DNA from: Nemertoderma westbladi
Taxonomy: Eukaryota > Animalia > Xenacoelomorpha
Direction of reading: 5' to 3'
Assembly (NCBI GenBank): GCA_032718475.1
Contig: JAUCBJ010002409.1
Coordinates: 1 to 64,000 of the forward strand
Length of the DNA: 64,000 bases
Part shown: positions 42,301 through 51,648 of the stretch, piece after piece
Position numbering within the stretch: position 1 is the first letter of the stretch
How the letters are laid out: the number at the start of each line of letters is the position of its first letter
The notes under the pieces: generated by a model
What the model was told of the DNA's origin: nothing
Databases searched by the model: none
What the model saw: the letters and a program-made list of their open reading frames with translations, nothing else
Made by a program: the position numbers and the translations under genes

Positions 42301-44460
42301 CACGAGCCGGGGTTCTATCTACTACCGGTAAGTTTATTTAACACGAGCCGGGGTTCTATCTACTACCGGTAAGTTTATTTAACACGAGCCGGGGTTCTAT
42401 CTACCGGTAAGTTTATTTAACACGAGCCGGGGTTCTATCTACTACCGGTAAGTTTATTTAACACGAGCCGGGGTTCTATCTACTACCGGTAAGTTTATTT
42501 AACACGAGCCGGGGTTCTATCTACTACCGGTAAGTTTATTTAACACGAGCCGGGGTTCTATCTACCGGTAAGTTTATTTAACACGAGCCGGGGTTCTATC
42601 TACTACCGGTAAGTTTATTTAACACGAGCCGGGGTTCTATCTACTACCGGTAAGTTTATTTAACACGAGCCGGGGTTCTATCTACTACCGGTAAGTTTAT
42701 TTAACACGAGCCGGGGTTCTATCTACTACCGGTAAGTTTATTTAACACGAGCCGGGGTTCTATCTACTACCGGTAAGTTTATTTAACACGAGCCGGGGTT
42801 CTATCTACCGGTAAGTTTATTTAACACGAGCCGGGGTTCTATCTACTACCGGTAAGTTTATTTAACACGAGTCGGGGTTCTATCTACTACCGGTAAGTTT
42901 ATTTAACACGAGCCGGGGTTCTATCTACTACCGGTAAGTTTATTTAACACGAGCCGGGGTTCTATCTACCGGTAAGTTTATTTAACACGAGCCGGGGTTC
43001 TATCTACTACCGGTAAGTTTATTTAACACGAGCCGGGGTTCTATCTACCGGTAAGTTTATTTAACACGAGCCGGGGTTCTATCTACTACCGGTAAGTTTA
43101 TTTAACACGAGCCGGGGTTCTATCTACCGGTAAGTTTATTTAACACGAGCCGGGGTTCTATCTACTACCGGTAAGTTTATTTAACACGAGCCGGGGTTCT
43201 ATCTACTACCGATAAGTTTATTTAACACGAGCCGGGGTTCTATCTACCGGTAAGTTTATTTAACACGAGCCGGGGTTCTATCTACTACCGGTAAGTTTAT
43301 TTAACACGAGCCGGGGTTCTATCTACTACCGGTAAGTTTATTTAACACGAGCCGGGGTTCTATCTACTACCGGTAAGTTTATTTAACACGAGCCGGGGTT
43401 CTATCTACTACCGGTAAGTTTATTTAACACGAGCCGGGGTTCTATCTACTACCGGTAAGTTTATTTAACACGAGCCGGGGTTCTATCTACTACCGGTAAG
43501 TTTATTTAACACGAGCCGGGGTTCTATCTACCGGTAAGTTTATTTAACACGAGCCGGGGTTCTATCTACTACCGGTAAGTTTATTTAACACGAGCCGGGG
43601 TTCTATCTACTACCGGTAAGTTTATTTAACACGAGCCGGGGTTCTATCTACTACCGGTAAGTTTATTTAACACGAGCCGGGGTTCTATCTACTACCGGTA
43701 AGTTTATTTAACACGAGCCGGGGTTCTATCTACTACCGGTAAGTTTATTTAACACGAGCCGGGTTCTATCTACTACCGGTAAGTTTATTTAACACGAGCC
43801 GGGGTTCTATCTACCGGTAAGTTTATTTAACACGAGCCGGGGTTCTATCTACTACCGGTAAGTTTATTTAACACGAGCCGGGGTTATATCTACTACCGGT
43901 AAGTTTATTTAACACGAGTCGGGGTTCTATCTACCGGTAAGTTTATTTAACACGAGCCGGGGTTCTATCTACTACCGGTAAGTTTATTTAACACGAGTCG
44001 GGGTTCTATCTACTACCGGTAAGTTTATTTAACACGAGTCGGGGTTCTATCTACTACCGGTAAGTTTATTTAACACGAGTCGGGGTTCTATCTACCGGTA
44101 AGTTTATTTAACACGAGCCGGGGTTCTATCTACTACCGGTAAGTTTATTTAACACGAGTCGGGGTTCTATCTACTACCGGTAAGTTAATTTAACACGAGT
44201 CGGGGTTCTATCTACTACCGGTAAGTTTATTTAACATGAGTCGGGGTTCTATCTACCGGTAAGTTTATTTAACACGAGCCGGGGTTCTATCTACTACCGG
44301 TAAGTTTATTTAACACGAGCCGGGGTTCTATCTACTTCCCATTTGGTATTTTGTAGGTCATTCAACTAATTTCGTTGTGGCTTCACACTTGCCGACAGAT
44401 ACCCCTAGTGACTATTGGATATCCATGGGAACTGCGTTGCTATGTCAACTTAATGAGTAG
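6275..44460 (+). CDS. DNAH6: Axonemal dynein heavy chain 6-like, C-terminal ~1171 aa (end of stalk, AAA5, AAA6, C-terminal domain); 21 exons, 5' part outside the window
   Basis: Join 6275-6397, 8084-8295, 8709-8886, 11748-11920, 12117-12297, 12431-12610, 13145-13381, 13619-13765, 13878-13997, 16273-16463, 16655-16799, 16931-17120, 17943-18043, 19050-19154, 19589-19825, 20497-20667, 20859-20945, 29877-30062, 30392-30616, 31086-31308, 44357-44460. All introns are GT-AG, phases are compatible, total 3516 nt with no internal stop. Motifs: [82 protein letters not shown]...CQLNE. The paralogue call (DNAH6) is from recalled similarity. Confidence 0.9.
6455..8080. repeat. 41-bp tandem array (gttacatatgttatttggcgttgtaacaattataacttttt), about 30 homogeneous copies with degenerate flanks
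   Basis: Period 41 (6600, 6641). Degenerate units continue up to the acceptor at 8083. Confidence 0.95.
8084..8295 (+). CDS. DNAH6: Dynein heavy chain exon (LVEMWV...[14 protein letters not shown])
   Basis: tttcag| and |gtaaat boundaries; AAA5-region motif. Confidence 0.92.
8709..8886 (+). CDS. DNAH6: Dynein heavy chain exon (WIRNRE...[16 protein letters not shown])
   Basis: ttttag| and |gtagtc boundaries; phase-compatible with neighbours. Confidence 0.92.
8872..11400. repeat. 21-bp tandem array (cagacattcatacaggtagtc) derived from the exon end + donor, about 95 copies, interrupted at 9022-9519
   Basis: The unit matches the exon 3' end cagacgttcatacag|gtagtc (8872-8892). Confidence 0.96.
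9022..9515. repeat. Second copy of the 34-bp array (about 12 units) plus its 67-bp unique tail
   Basis: 9449-9515 is identical to 5901-5967. Confidence 0.95.
11748..11920 (+). CDS. DNAH6: Dynein heavy chain exon ([10 protein letters not shown]...NPHYLPE...LEDQLL)
   Basis: cgtag| and |gtaggt boundaries; conserved motif. Confidence 0.92.
12117..12297 (+). CDS. DNAH6: Dynein heavy chain exon ([14 protein letters not shown]...[17 protein letters not shown])
   Basis: catag| and |gttatt boundaries. Confidence 0.92.
12431..12610 (+). CDS. DNAH6: Dynein heavy chain exon (ITSGVI...YRPVATRGS...[11 protein letters not shown])
   Basis: tatag| and |gttaga boundaries; 60 codons. Confidence 0.92.
13145..13381 (+). 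CDS. DNAH6: Dynein heavy chain exon (LFNTTI...[15 protein letters not shown]...GMDR)
   Basis: ctcag| and |gtgagt boundaries; 79 codons. Confidence 0.9.
13619..13765 (+). CDS. DNAH6: Dynein heavy chain exon ([11 protein letters not shown]...)
   Basis: cgtag| and |gtgagt boundaries; 49 codons. Confidence 0.85.
13878..13997 (+). CDS. DNAH6: Dynein heavy chain exon (...[21 protein letters not shown])
   Basis: cacag| and |gtaaac boundaries; 40 codons. Confidence 0.85.
14011..14490. repeat. 13-bp purine-rich array (gtaaagtagaaaa), left block
   Basis: Directly visible; begins 13 nt after the donor GAAAAG|GTAAAC. Confidence 0.96.
14492..15165 (+). mobile_element. 5'-truncated non-LTR retrotransposon with restriction-like endonuclease (CRE-like): ORF end (stop at 14939) + AT-rich 3' UTR
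   Basis: Frame reads [36 protein letters not shown]...K...Y...[10 protein letters not shown], the RPDG/WDxT/FETLG pattern of CRE-clade RLE domains. The 3' boundary is approximate. Confidence 0.75.
15166..16200. repeat. 13-bp purine-rich array, right block (more variants, including AGAAAG|GTAAAG)
   Basis: Directly visible. Confidence 0.96.
16273..16463 (+). CDS. DNAH6: Dynein heavy chain exon (VVVSAN...[12 protein letters not shown]...)
   Basis: tgtag| and |gttagt boundaries; AAA6 motif. Confidence 0.92.
16655..16799 (+). CDS. DNAH6: Dynein heavy chain exon ([12 protein letters not shown]...[11 protein letters not shown])
   Basis: tctag| and |gtagta boundaries. Confidence 0.93.
16931..17120 (+). 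CDS. DNAH6: Dynein heavy chain exon (...FRLFLSSMP...[11 protein letters not shown]...)
   Basis: cacag| and |gtaagt boundaries. Confidence 0.93.
17943..18043 (+). CDS. DNAH6: Dynein heavy chain exon (...[19 protein letters not shown])
   Basis: tctag| and |gtgagt boundaries. Confidence 0.93.
18210..18560 (-). mobile_element. Degenerate RTE-like LINE fragment, same family as 46276-46971
   Basis: Shares blocks with 46600-46760: gtctggttggagatgtg, ccatccagagatttggtgtc, gttagagcccagcatg, gaggagtactggaactactgctgctctaaataatc. Ends are approximate. Confidence 0.75.
19050..19154 (+). CDS. DNAH6: Dynein heavy chain exon (YEFSESD...[12 protein letters not shown])
   Basis: cgcag| and |gtgagt boundaries. 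Confidence 0.92.
19413..19588. repeat. 22-bp tandem array of the acceptor region (cgactttatgttattcccatag), about 8 copies
   Basis: The last unit ends in the true acceptor AG at 19587-19588. Confidence 0.92.
19589..19825 (+). CDS. DNAH6: Dynein heavy chain exon ([14 protein letters not shown]...[12 protein letters not shown])
   Basis: catag| and |gttgat boundaries. Confidence 0.93.
20497..20667 (+). CDS. DNAH6: Dynein heavy chain exon (MQETSAL...ILGVQPR...DMFE)
   Basis: tttag| and |gtgaat boundaries. Confidence 0.9.
20859..20945 (+). CDS. DNAH6: Dynein heavy chain exon ([29 protein letters not shown])
   Basis: tttag| and |gtaagt boundaries. Confidence 0.92.
21015..29868. repeat. 43-bp tandem array (tgccaaccacacgatcggagggttttactttcatttcctttag), about 205 copies
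   Basis: Period 43 (21062, 21105). It fills intron 20946-29876, and the last unit supplies the polypyrimidine tract of the true acceptor. Confidence 0.98.
29877..30062 (+). CDS. DNAH6: Dynein heavy chain exon ([16 protein letters not shown]...[12 protein letters not shown]...)
   Basis: tttag| and |gtgagt boundaries; 62 codons. Confidence 0.93.
30392..30616 (+). CDS. DNAH6: Dynein heavy chain exon (HWVRNG...[19 protein letters not shown]...)
   Basis: tgcag| and |gttggt boundaries. Confidence 0.93.
31086..31308 (+). CDS. DNAH6: Dynein heavy chain penultimate exon ([20 protein letters not shown]...[16 protein letters not shown])
   Basis: ttcag| and |gtaagt boundaries. Confidence 0.93.
31282..44336. 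repeat. 41/38-bp tandem array (cacgagccggggttctat[cta]ctaccg-gtaagtttatttaa), about 325 copies; unit = last 27 nt of the exon + donor + intron start
   Basis: The first unit overlaps the coding exon (31282-31308). The array ends about 20 nt before the acceptor at 44356. Confidence 0.98.
44357..44460 (+). CDS. DNAH6: Dynein heavy chain last coding exon ([33 protein letters not shown])
   Basis: ttgtag| acceptor, phase 1, TAG at 44458-44460; typical inner-arm dynein C-terminus. Confidence 0.93.
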
Positions 44461-44574
44461 CCAATTAGACGCCAACACAAGTCGTGAAGAATTTTGAATT
44501 GAATGACATCATAGGTTAACCCCCCATCCAATCCAGTATTTGTGCCAGTAAAACTGTAACGAATTCGAAGTTTA

Positions 44575-44580
44575 AATAAA
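44575..44580 (+). terminator. Candidate polyadenylation signal AATAAA of the dynein gene
   Basis: First AATAAA after the stop, about 115 nt downstream. Confidence 0.45.
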
Positions 44581-45292
44581 ATATTAATAACTTTACTATA
44601 AAACAATCACCCATTGTAAATAGACCCCCCCCCCCCCCCCCCCCACCCCCTTGCTAACATCAATTGTTGTACAGTTTTTATTATCGAATTTATTGTGTAT
44701 ATATATTTTGTATATATAAAACATCTAGGTGTACAGATATTATCGTATTGTATATACATTTTGTATGTAGAGCCTTCCTTGTACGTATAGTTTTTTCAGT
44801 ATTTAATACTTATATACATAACAATCATATTGTACAGTTTTTTTTAATTATCTTGTTAAATATACTTTTTAAATTTTTTAACTTTTTAAGTATACTTTAG
44901 TAAATGCATTAATTATATGATTATTAAAACTGAACCGTCCAATCTATCGATTGTTGTAACTTTAATTCATATTATACCGGGTAAATGTTGAAAAACAAAT
45001 TATTAAACATTTGAGTTTTCAACCTATCTAGGCCTATTACATTTAATACATCCCTTAAAAATAGATAAATTGACTATCAGGTCTTTATTTTTCAATAATT
45101 TGTTAGAACCCTCCTAAACTTCCAGCTACATTTTATTTTTATAAAATTCTGCACACAATTTACAGAAAAATACTTAGTGTTTACCTTGAAATCCGTCACA
45201 TCTGCGTTCTCTATCCTGACAGACAAACAAAGGACAGTTATATGAAGCTTATAAACGATATGCAGACTACCACGACTGCCTACTGTTATTAC

Positions 45293-48247
45293 GAACAAAA
45301 ACTAAAAGTAACATGTTGGTTAATGCCAACCATATTTATTGCCCAAGTCACGTACCGGACTAAAAATATACAAAAATGTAAATCATTAAAGAATGAATGG
45401 TGGGATGGCTTTGATTATTTGATTGCCGAATACACAATAATCGGTCCCCTCCCGCTGCGATACACTCCAACCACAGTTTGTTATAGAAAAAGCTACAACG
45501 AATTTTGAAAAAAAACGTCACATACTCACATATGGGATAAATTTCAAATTTTCTTATTGTAATTAAGGGCTCATTTTGGCCATTTAAATTACAATAGGGT
45601 TGGTGCGCGAAAAAATTGTTGGGCTAGAAACAATCGAATAAGGGGTAACAAGGTGCCCTGAATCGGAGTGGCGGGGTGTGTTTTTTTGTAAAAACACGAG
45701 GAAAGGGTCGAAATGACGGGTTTAAGTAAGCCCAGGAAGCTAATTTTGAAAATCGGCTGTGATTGGCTGCTACATATTAATGTCACTACGCTGTGCGGCA
45801 GCTCCAAACCAAAACCCAGTATGTCAATTTTTTCGAAATCGATTTTTTTCGATTTTTGGGGTTATTGGGGGCGTAGAATTCATCTGACTCAGTTTCGAAA
45901 CCATAGCACTAACCGATTTCGCAGTATTAACAATTAATTAATTAACTAATTAGCTAATTATGAGCAAACACCACGTCGAAACACAGTAATGCTAGTTACT
46001 GGGTTTCGTTTACCTTTCTGGTGCTATTTTGAAAAAGTTACTCCATCAAAACCCAGTATGTGCTCAAAAATCCCGAAATCCTATGCCAAAACCCAGTAAC
46101 TGCACTTACTGGGTTTCGAGCAAAATTCTTTACTGGGTTTTCACCTGGTATTTTCTGAACAAAATCAAGTATCGTTTCCGAAAGACAAAACCTAGTATGT
46201 CAATGTCAATGTCAGATTTACCACGTCAAAACCCAGTAAACATAGTTACTGGGTTTCCAGCAGTTTGAGATACTACTACTACTACTAGGATCGGCATGCT
46301 GCATTGAAGCTGCATTTTTAAAAATGCTGTGCCGGCTTGTCGACAAAATTGCACCGCCACAACTCCCTATCACCCATGACATTTGCTAGATCATCCGCAT
46401 CTTCAAGGCCAGTGTCCTTTAAGATGCGTCTCAAGAAAGTCATGGGCTGTCCACCATGCTTATTCACTCCATGAGGCTGCCAAAGTACAAGATTATGCAC
46501 TGGCTGGTCCTCACGGCGAAAGCAATGTCCTGCAAAGCGGAGGCGATTTTGTTCTAGTGTCAAGCTTGGGGGAACCAATGAGACACCTCTAATGTTATAT
46601 AGTGTCTGGTTGGAGATGTGTGTATTGTACTTGACACAATGAACCCGGCGTAGCATTCTTGTGAATGTTCCATCCAGAGATTTGGTGTCCTCAGCAGTTA
46701 GAGCCCAGCATGGGCTCCCATAGAGGAGTACTGGAACTACTGCTGCTCTAAATAATCGGACCTTGTGTTTCTGATTAATGCTCGGTGACTTCCAAATCTT
46801 GGAAAGCCTATTCAAGGCTGCCCATGCCTTTCCCTTACGTATTCGAAGGTCCTCACCTGACTTCCGGATCCATGATCCCAGGTAACAGAAATCGTCCACA
46901 TGCTCAAGCATCCATCCTTTGAGGTTATGCTCATCCGATCAGAGACTTGCTGAGGACATTCAAAGTTAAGATGAGATACTAGGTTTTGACGTGGGATTTC
47001 CCTATGCAGATACTATGCCAAACCAAAACCCAGTAACTCCGGCAACGCAACAGACGTAGACAAATAATTAAGTGTTCTAGAATATTATATTCTACAATGT
47101 TGCCTCTTTGTTTTCGCTAACCGTTGGCGAAGGAAGTCAGAGTTACTGGGTTTTGGCGAAGGGACTTGTCAGTTACTTGGTTTTGGCATGGGAAAGGTAA
47201 CTGATTGGAAAAGTTAAATGTTAGTTTACTGGGTTTTGGTGTGGGCAAATTAGTTACTGTGTTTTGAAAAGGGAACAATGACGTTACTGGGTATTGATGC
47301 ATCAAAAATCACAATTGTTTTCTTTTCAGCCATACCAAAACCGTGTAAGTCGATTTATAAGAAAAGTAAAGAATAAATTAAAAAAACAGTTTTGGCACTA
47401 ATAATATATATGTACAATTTGTAAAGGTACACAAAATTATAACTCATCAAATTAAATTTCAACCAAATGCCAGCTGTTTAAAGTCCAAAACTTTAATATC
47501 TCGAAAAGTCAAAAAATGTACTTACTGGGTTTTGGTTTGGAGCCGCCGTGTGCTTGGATAATTTCTTATATTGTTTTCTACGGAGGTGATTTTCGATCGA
47601 TTTAAATACACATTTAATCTCAATAATTTCACATGTGGCTTATATTAATTGAAAGCGGGGAGTATTGCGCGTCTTTCACAGTATAATTAATTAAATTCAT
47701 GGTGATGAATATTGATAAAATTAATAAATTCACAATTATAAACTCGCATATTGCCTGACCAGGTGTGCAAGCACTGAACCACTCAGCCCTATCCGGCTTC
47801 CCGGGCTAAACACGCAATTTCGACCGTTCCCACGCGTTTTTACAAAAAAAAAACACACCCCGCCACCCCGAATAAGGGGCTTGTTACCCCTTATTATTCG
47901 ATTGTTTCTAGCCCAACAATTTTTTCGCGCACAAACCCTATTGTAATTTTAATGGCCAAAATGAGCCCTTAATTACAATAAGACAATTTGAAATTTATCC
48001 CATATGTGAGTATGTGACGTTTTTTTCAAAATTCGTTGTAGCTTTTTCTATAACAAACTGTGGTTGGAGTGTATAGCAACTAACAGGAGGGGACCGATTA
48101 TTGTGTATCTGGCGATCAAATTATCAAAGCCAACCGACCATTCATCATTGTCTGATTTACATTTTTGTTTATTTTTATTTTTAGTCCCGTACGTGACTTG
48201 GTCAATATGGTTCGCATTGACCAACATGTTTCTTTTCGTTTTTGTTG
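45293..48247. mobile_element. Non-autonomous long-inverted-repeat (foldback/MITE-like) element, possibly nested
   Basis: About 45293-45740 is an inverted copy of about 47796-48247. An inner inverted pair lies at 45795-45840 / 47500-47547, with many AAACCCAGTA/TACTGGGTTT motifs between. No transposase ORF. Confidence 0.75.
46276..46971 (-). mobile_element. 5'-truncated RTE-like LINE with (TAG)n tail and 10-bp TSD
   Basis: ORF 46318-46911 reads LEHVDDFCYLGSWI...KAWAALNRLSKIWKS...VLLYGS..W, the post-RT region of RTE-type LINEs. TGAGATACTA occurs at both 46266-46275 and 46972-46981. Confidence 0.88.
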
Positions 48248-48311
48248 ATATAAAAATAACGTTTTTTTCAGGTCCATAGACAACAGTTTTGTTCATCACA
48301 TTGTTAAACAG

Positions 48312-48645
48312 GAAAACATATTATTTAGCCGAAAACATATATATTATTTAGCCGGAAACATATATATTATTTAGCCGAAAACATACATATTATTTAGCTG
48401 AAAACATATATATTATTTAGCCGAAAACATATATATTATTTAGCCGAAAACATATATATTATTTAGCCGAAAACATATATATTATTTAGCTGAAAACATA
48501 TATATTATTTAGCCGAAAACATATATATTATTTAGCTGAAAACATATATATTATTTAGCCGAAAAAATATATATTATTTAGCTGAAAACATACATATTAT
48601 TTAGCCGAAAACATATCACTGAGTCAAAAACATATTATTTAGCCC
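48312..48645. repeat. 23-bp tandem array (gaaaacatatatattatttagcc), about 13 copies
   Basis: Directly visible. Confidence 0.93.
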
Positions 48646-51600
48646 AACTTTTCACGGCAAAGTTTGCCAGAAAGTGAAACTTTATATTCTAACTGCATTT
48701 GAAAAAATGTCCTAAAGGTGACCGAATTTTTATATTTTTTCTGATTCTCAAGAGAAATAACACGGAAAAAACATTGATCTGTACTACATTTTTACATATC
48801 GGAATGTTTCTTCTCTCAATAACGGCCGATAAATTTTTGGGGCACTTAATGGTTTCATGTGCAGAAATTATCGTTCTTTCTATCCATCGATATCGCGGGT
48901 TCCCGCACGTATGGTGGTACATCGGTCAATATGGTTGGCAGCGACCCATGTGCACGTGACACTTGTTTATTGTTTTGATTAGAAATTGCCTACCACTGTT
49001 AGTTGTAGCCTTGTAGTAGAGTTGATAATAGACTTGATAAATAAGACCTGATAATAAATAATAAATTAAATTATCGATGTTTGAGGATCGGTGTTAAATA
49101 ACATAACAAAGGTGATAAAACACTGAATGATTCAACTTTAACATAATTATTAATAATGAAGTATTTATTGTTTAATATATTTTTTAATTTACATTGAGTA
49201 ATAAATACTGTTACTGACTAGAAGTAATCTGTAGTACAGGACTCCCTCTTCTACGTCGACAAGCAAAAACTACCAGAATAACGATAATTACTACACGAAA
49301 TTAGCTACGTCTCAACAATTAGATCACAAACAAACATGTAAAACCAGTCGTCTATCACATAAACAATATAATTTATAATAAATAAAAAAACACGAAATGA
49401 CAATAATATACCAGAATTAATTAATATTAATTAATATGTTAGTAATAATAAATATAAAATGAAACCAACGAAACAGTTTCATTAAAAGCATCAAATGGAG
49501 TAATAACTATTTACATAAATACGTGTATGTAAAGTAGCACTTTACAGTGTCCTGATCCGAGTAGTTTGTTACACGAACGAACATAGAGAGTGGAAATAAA
49601 GCCACGAGGTACAGGATACTGCAAACTACTTTGTAGTAAGTATGTATGTAGTTTTCATGACCTACTATTAGTAGGTCATATATACATATATTCCAAAATT
49701 GCAACACTACAAAACGACTGCCGATGAAAAGTTTCTTATAAAACAATTCTTTTTTAAAAATTGTGATATGGTAACGGTTGTAACGGTAACCTGGTAACAA
49801 GTTGTTCAGGCATACAAATGACGCCGGCGAATAATGTTATACAAAGGCCTTGACAGTCAATAATCGTTAAGTAATGTTGATATTTTGTAATAAATAATAA
49901 TAAATGTAAAAGTTCACCGTTCATACGTACAATAATTAGCACCTTCAATCAATTAACGACTCCCTTCCTATTCGAAGACATTTCATTGGACAGTTATCCT
50001 TGATTACGTAACACATTATATAAACCAATCGACTGTAACACATATATTATAGTAGTAATATAAAGGAATTAGGGTTACTTTACGGGGGAGTTAGTAAAGT
50101 TTAGTTCAACTGCCAGGACAGGACGCAGGGGTACGGAATCGTTCACTTTGCGGAAATTTTTTTAATCAAAAGTAACGCCGTTTTCTTGTGAAATTTATTA
50201 AAAACAAATACGAGTACAAAATCGTAGTTTCCATATAATTTTACACAAATAATGTGAGATGAAAATAATGGTAATATGAATAATAATAATATAAATAATG
50301 GCAAAAATTTCCAAATATAGGAATTTAGAAATCCGGATCCGGATTGTTACGATGTAACAATAGATGTAATAATTCCGAAATAGATTGTAACACTGAATTA
50401 GCAGGATGTTTCCACAGTTTGTTCGGTAGTCACGAAACCCTCAAACACAGTTAATTTATAAGTTTAATGTGTTAAATATGAAGTTTGAAATTATCCAAGT
50501 ATATCATATCAGTGTGTTTGTGTTACAAACTATATCGGAATAAATATTAAAAACCTAATTATATTGACAATATAACAAACAATAACAATACGGAATTAAA
50601 CAGCATTAGGGGAACTGCCAATCAATCTATAAAATATATTTAAAAAACATTTAGGCCCTCCTTAAAGCGCTGACCATTATTTACTACCGACTAAATAATA
50701 ACGCAGTAATTATAAAGTTTGTAAAATTCATTCAGGAAAAAGTAGCACATTAATCTTATTCATAATAAATTTGTATCCTATTGCGTTTGGGTATATTTGT
50801 ATGTACAATGGTACTGTTAGCGGTTTATATCACAAACAATATCATCATAGACATAACAATAATCAGAAGCATTGAGTTTCTGCCCTTTTCTATACGATAG
50901 GTAGGAAAACTAGTGTATATTTTTGGAAATTTGCGAATATTATACATTAATATGACATTTTTATAGTTTCTGAGATATAATTTAATATATTATATAAAAT
51001 AAATGAATCACTTGTGTAATTCAATGGTATTAAAGTCGATTCTATAATTTTTGGTGGAGTTAATGTTATATGATTGTTAAGTGAGATACGACGGGGTGCA
51101 GCCATACAGTGATAGAAAGATGATTGAATGCCAGGTTACATCGTCACTAGAGACTAATATAGTATATATTTTCCCTGAAATACCCTTCGCGTAGCACGTG
51201 AGAGGTTGAGTTTCCAGAATTAATTATATAAAATAGGGAAGTTACACCTTCGCAAAGCTAATAGGAGACAGAGCTAAGATGTTAATGCTAATAATGACCT
51301 GCACTGACGTCTGCGATTAAATTTGCTACTCCAACCAAATTTCTGAACTCCATTCACAATAATTACTATATGTTCTAGCTAATTAAATGTTAATGGCACG
51401 CCACATAGAAGGGATGGAAGGGAGGTACTGGGTTACAGAGAGGTGTGCCCCCACCACAGGGGGCACCTGGTCACAGGGAGAGGGGATGATTATACCTCAG
51501 CACAAGGGGGCAGCGGTTTCACCGCTGAAGGGGACTCTGATGCCCCCACCGCAAGGGGGAACTATAATGCCCCTACACCATAAATTACTGCTAAATATAG

Positions 51601-51648
51601 TTAATAATATAAAATATAGGACAACTAAAAATTGCCATAATAAAGTGT

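Noticed and set aside
21015-44336. CRISPR-like appearance of the 38-43-bp arrays
   Set aside because: Head-to-tail units with no unique spacers, no cas genes, and a spliceosomal-intron context.
31309-44336. Recursive splicing through the 41/38-bp array
   Set aside because: Donors are preceded by CCG rather than AG and there is no pyrimidine tract, so these are not AG|GT ratchet points.
44625-44650. Poly-C run downstream of the dynein stop
   Set aside because: Simple homopolymer of unreliable length with no supportable function.
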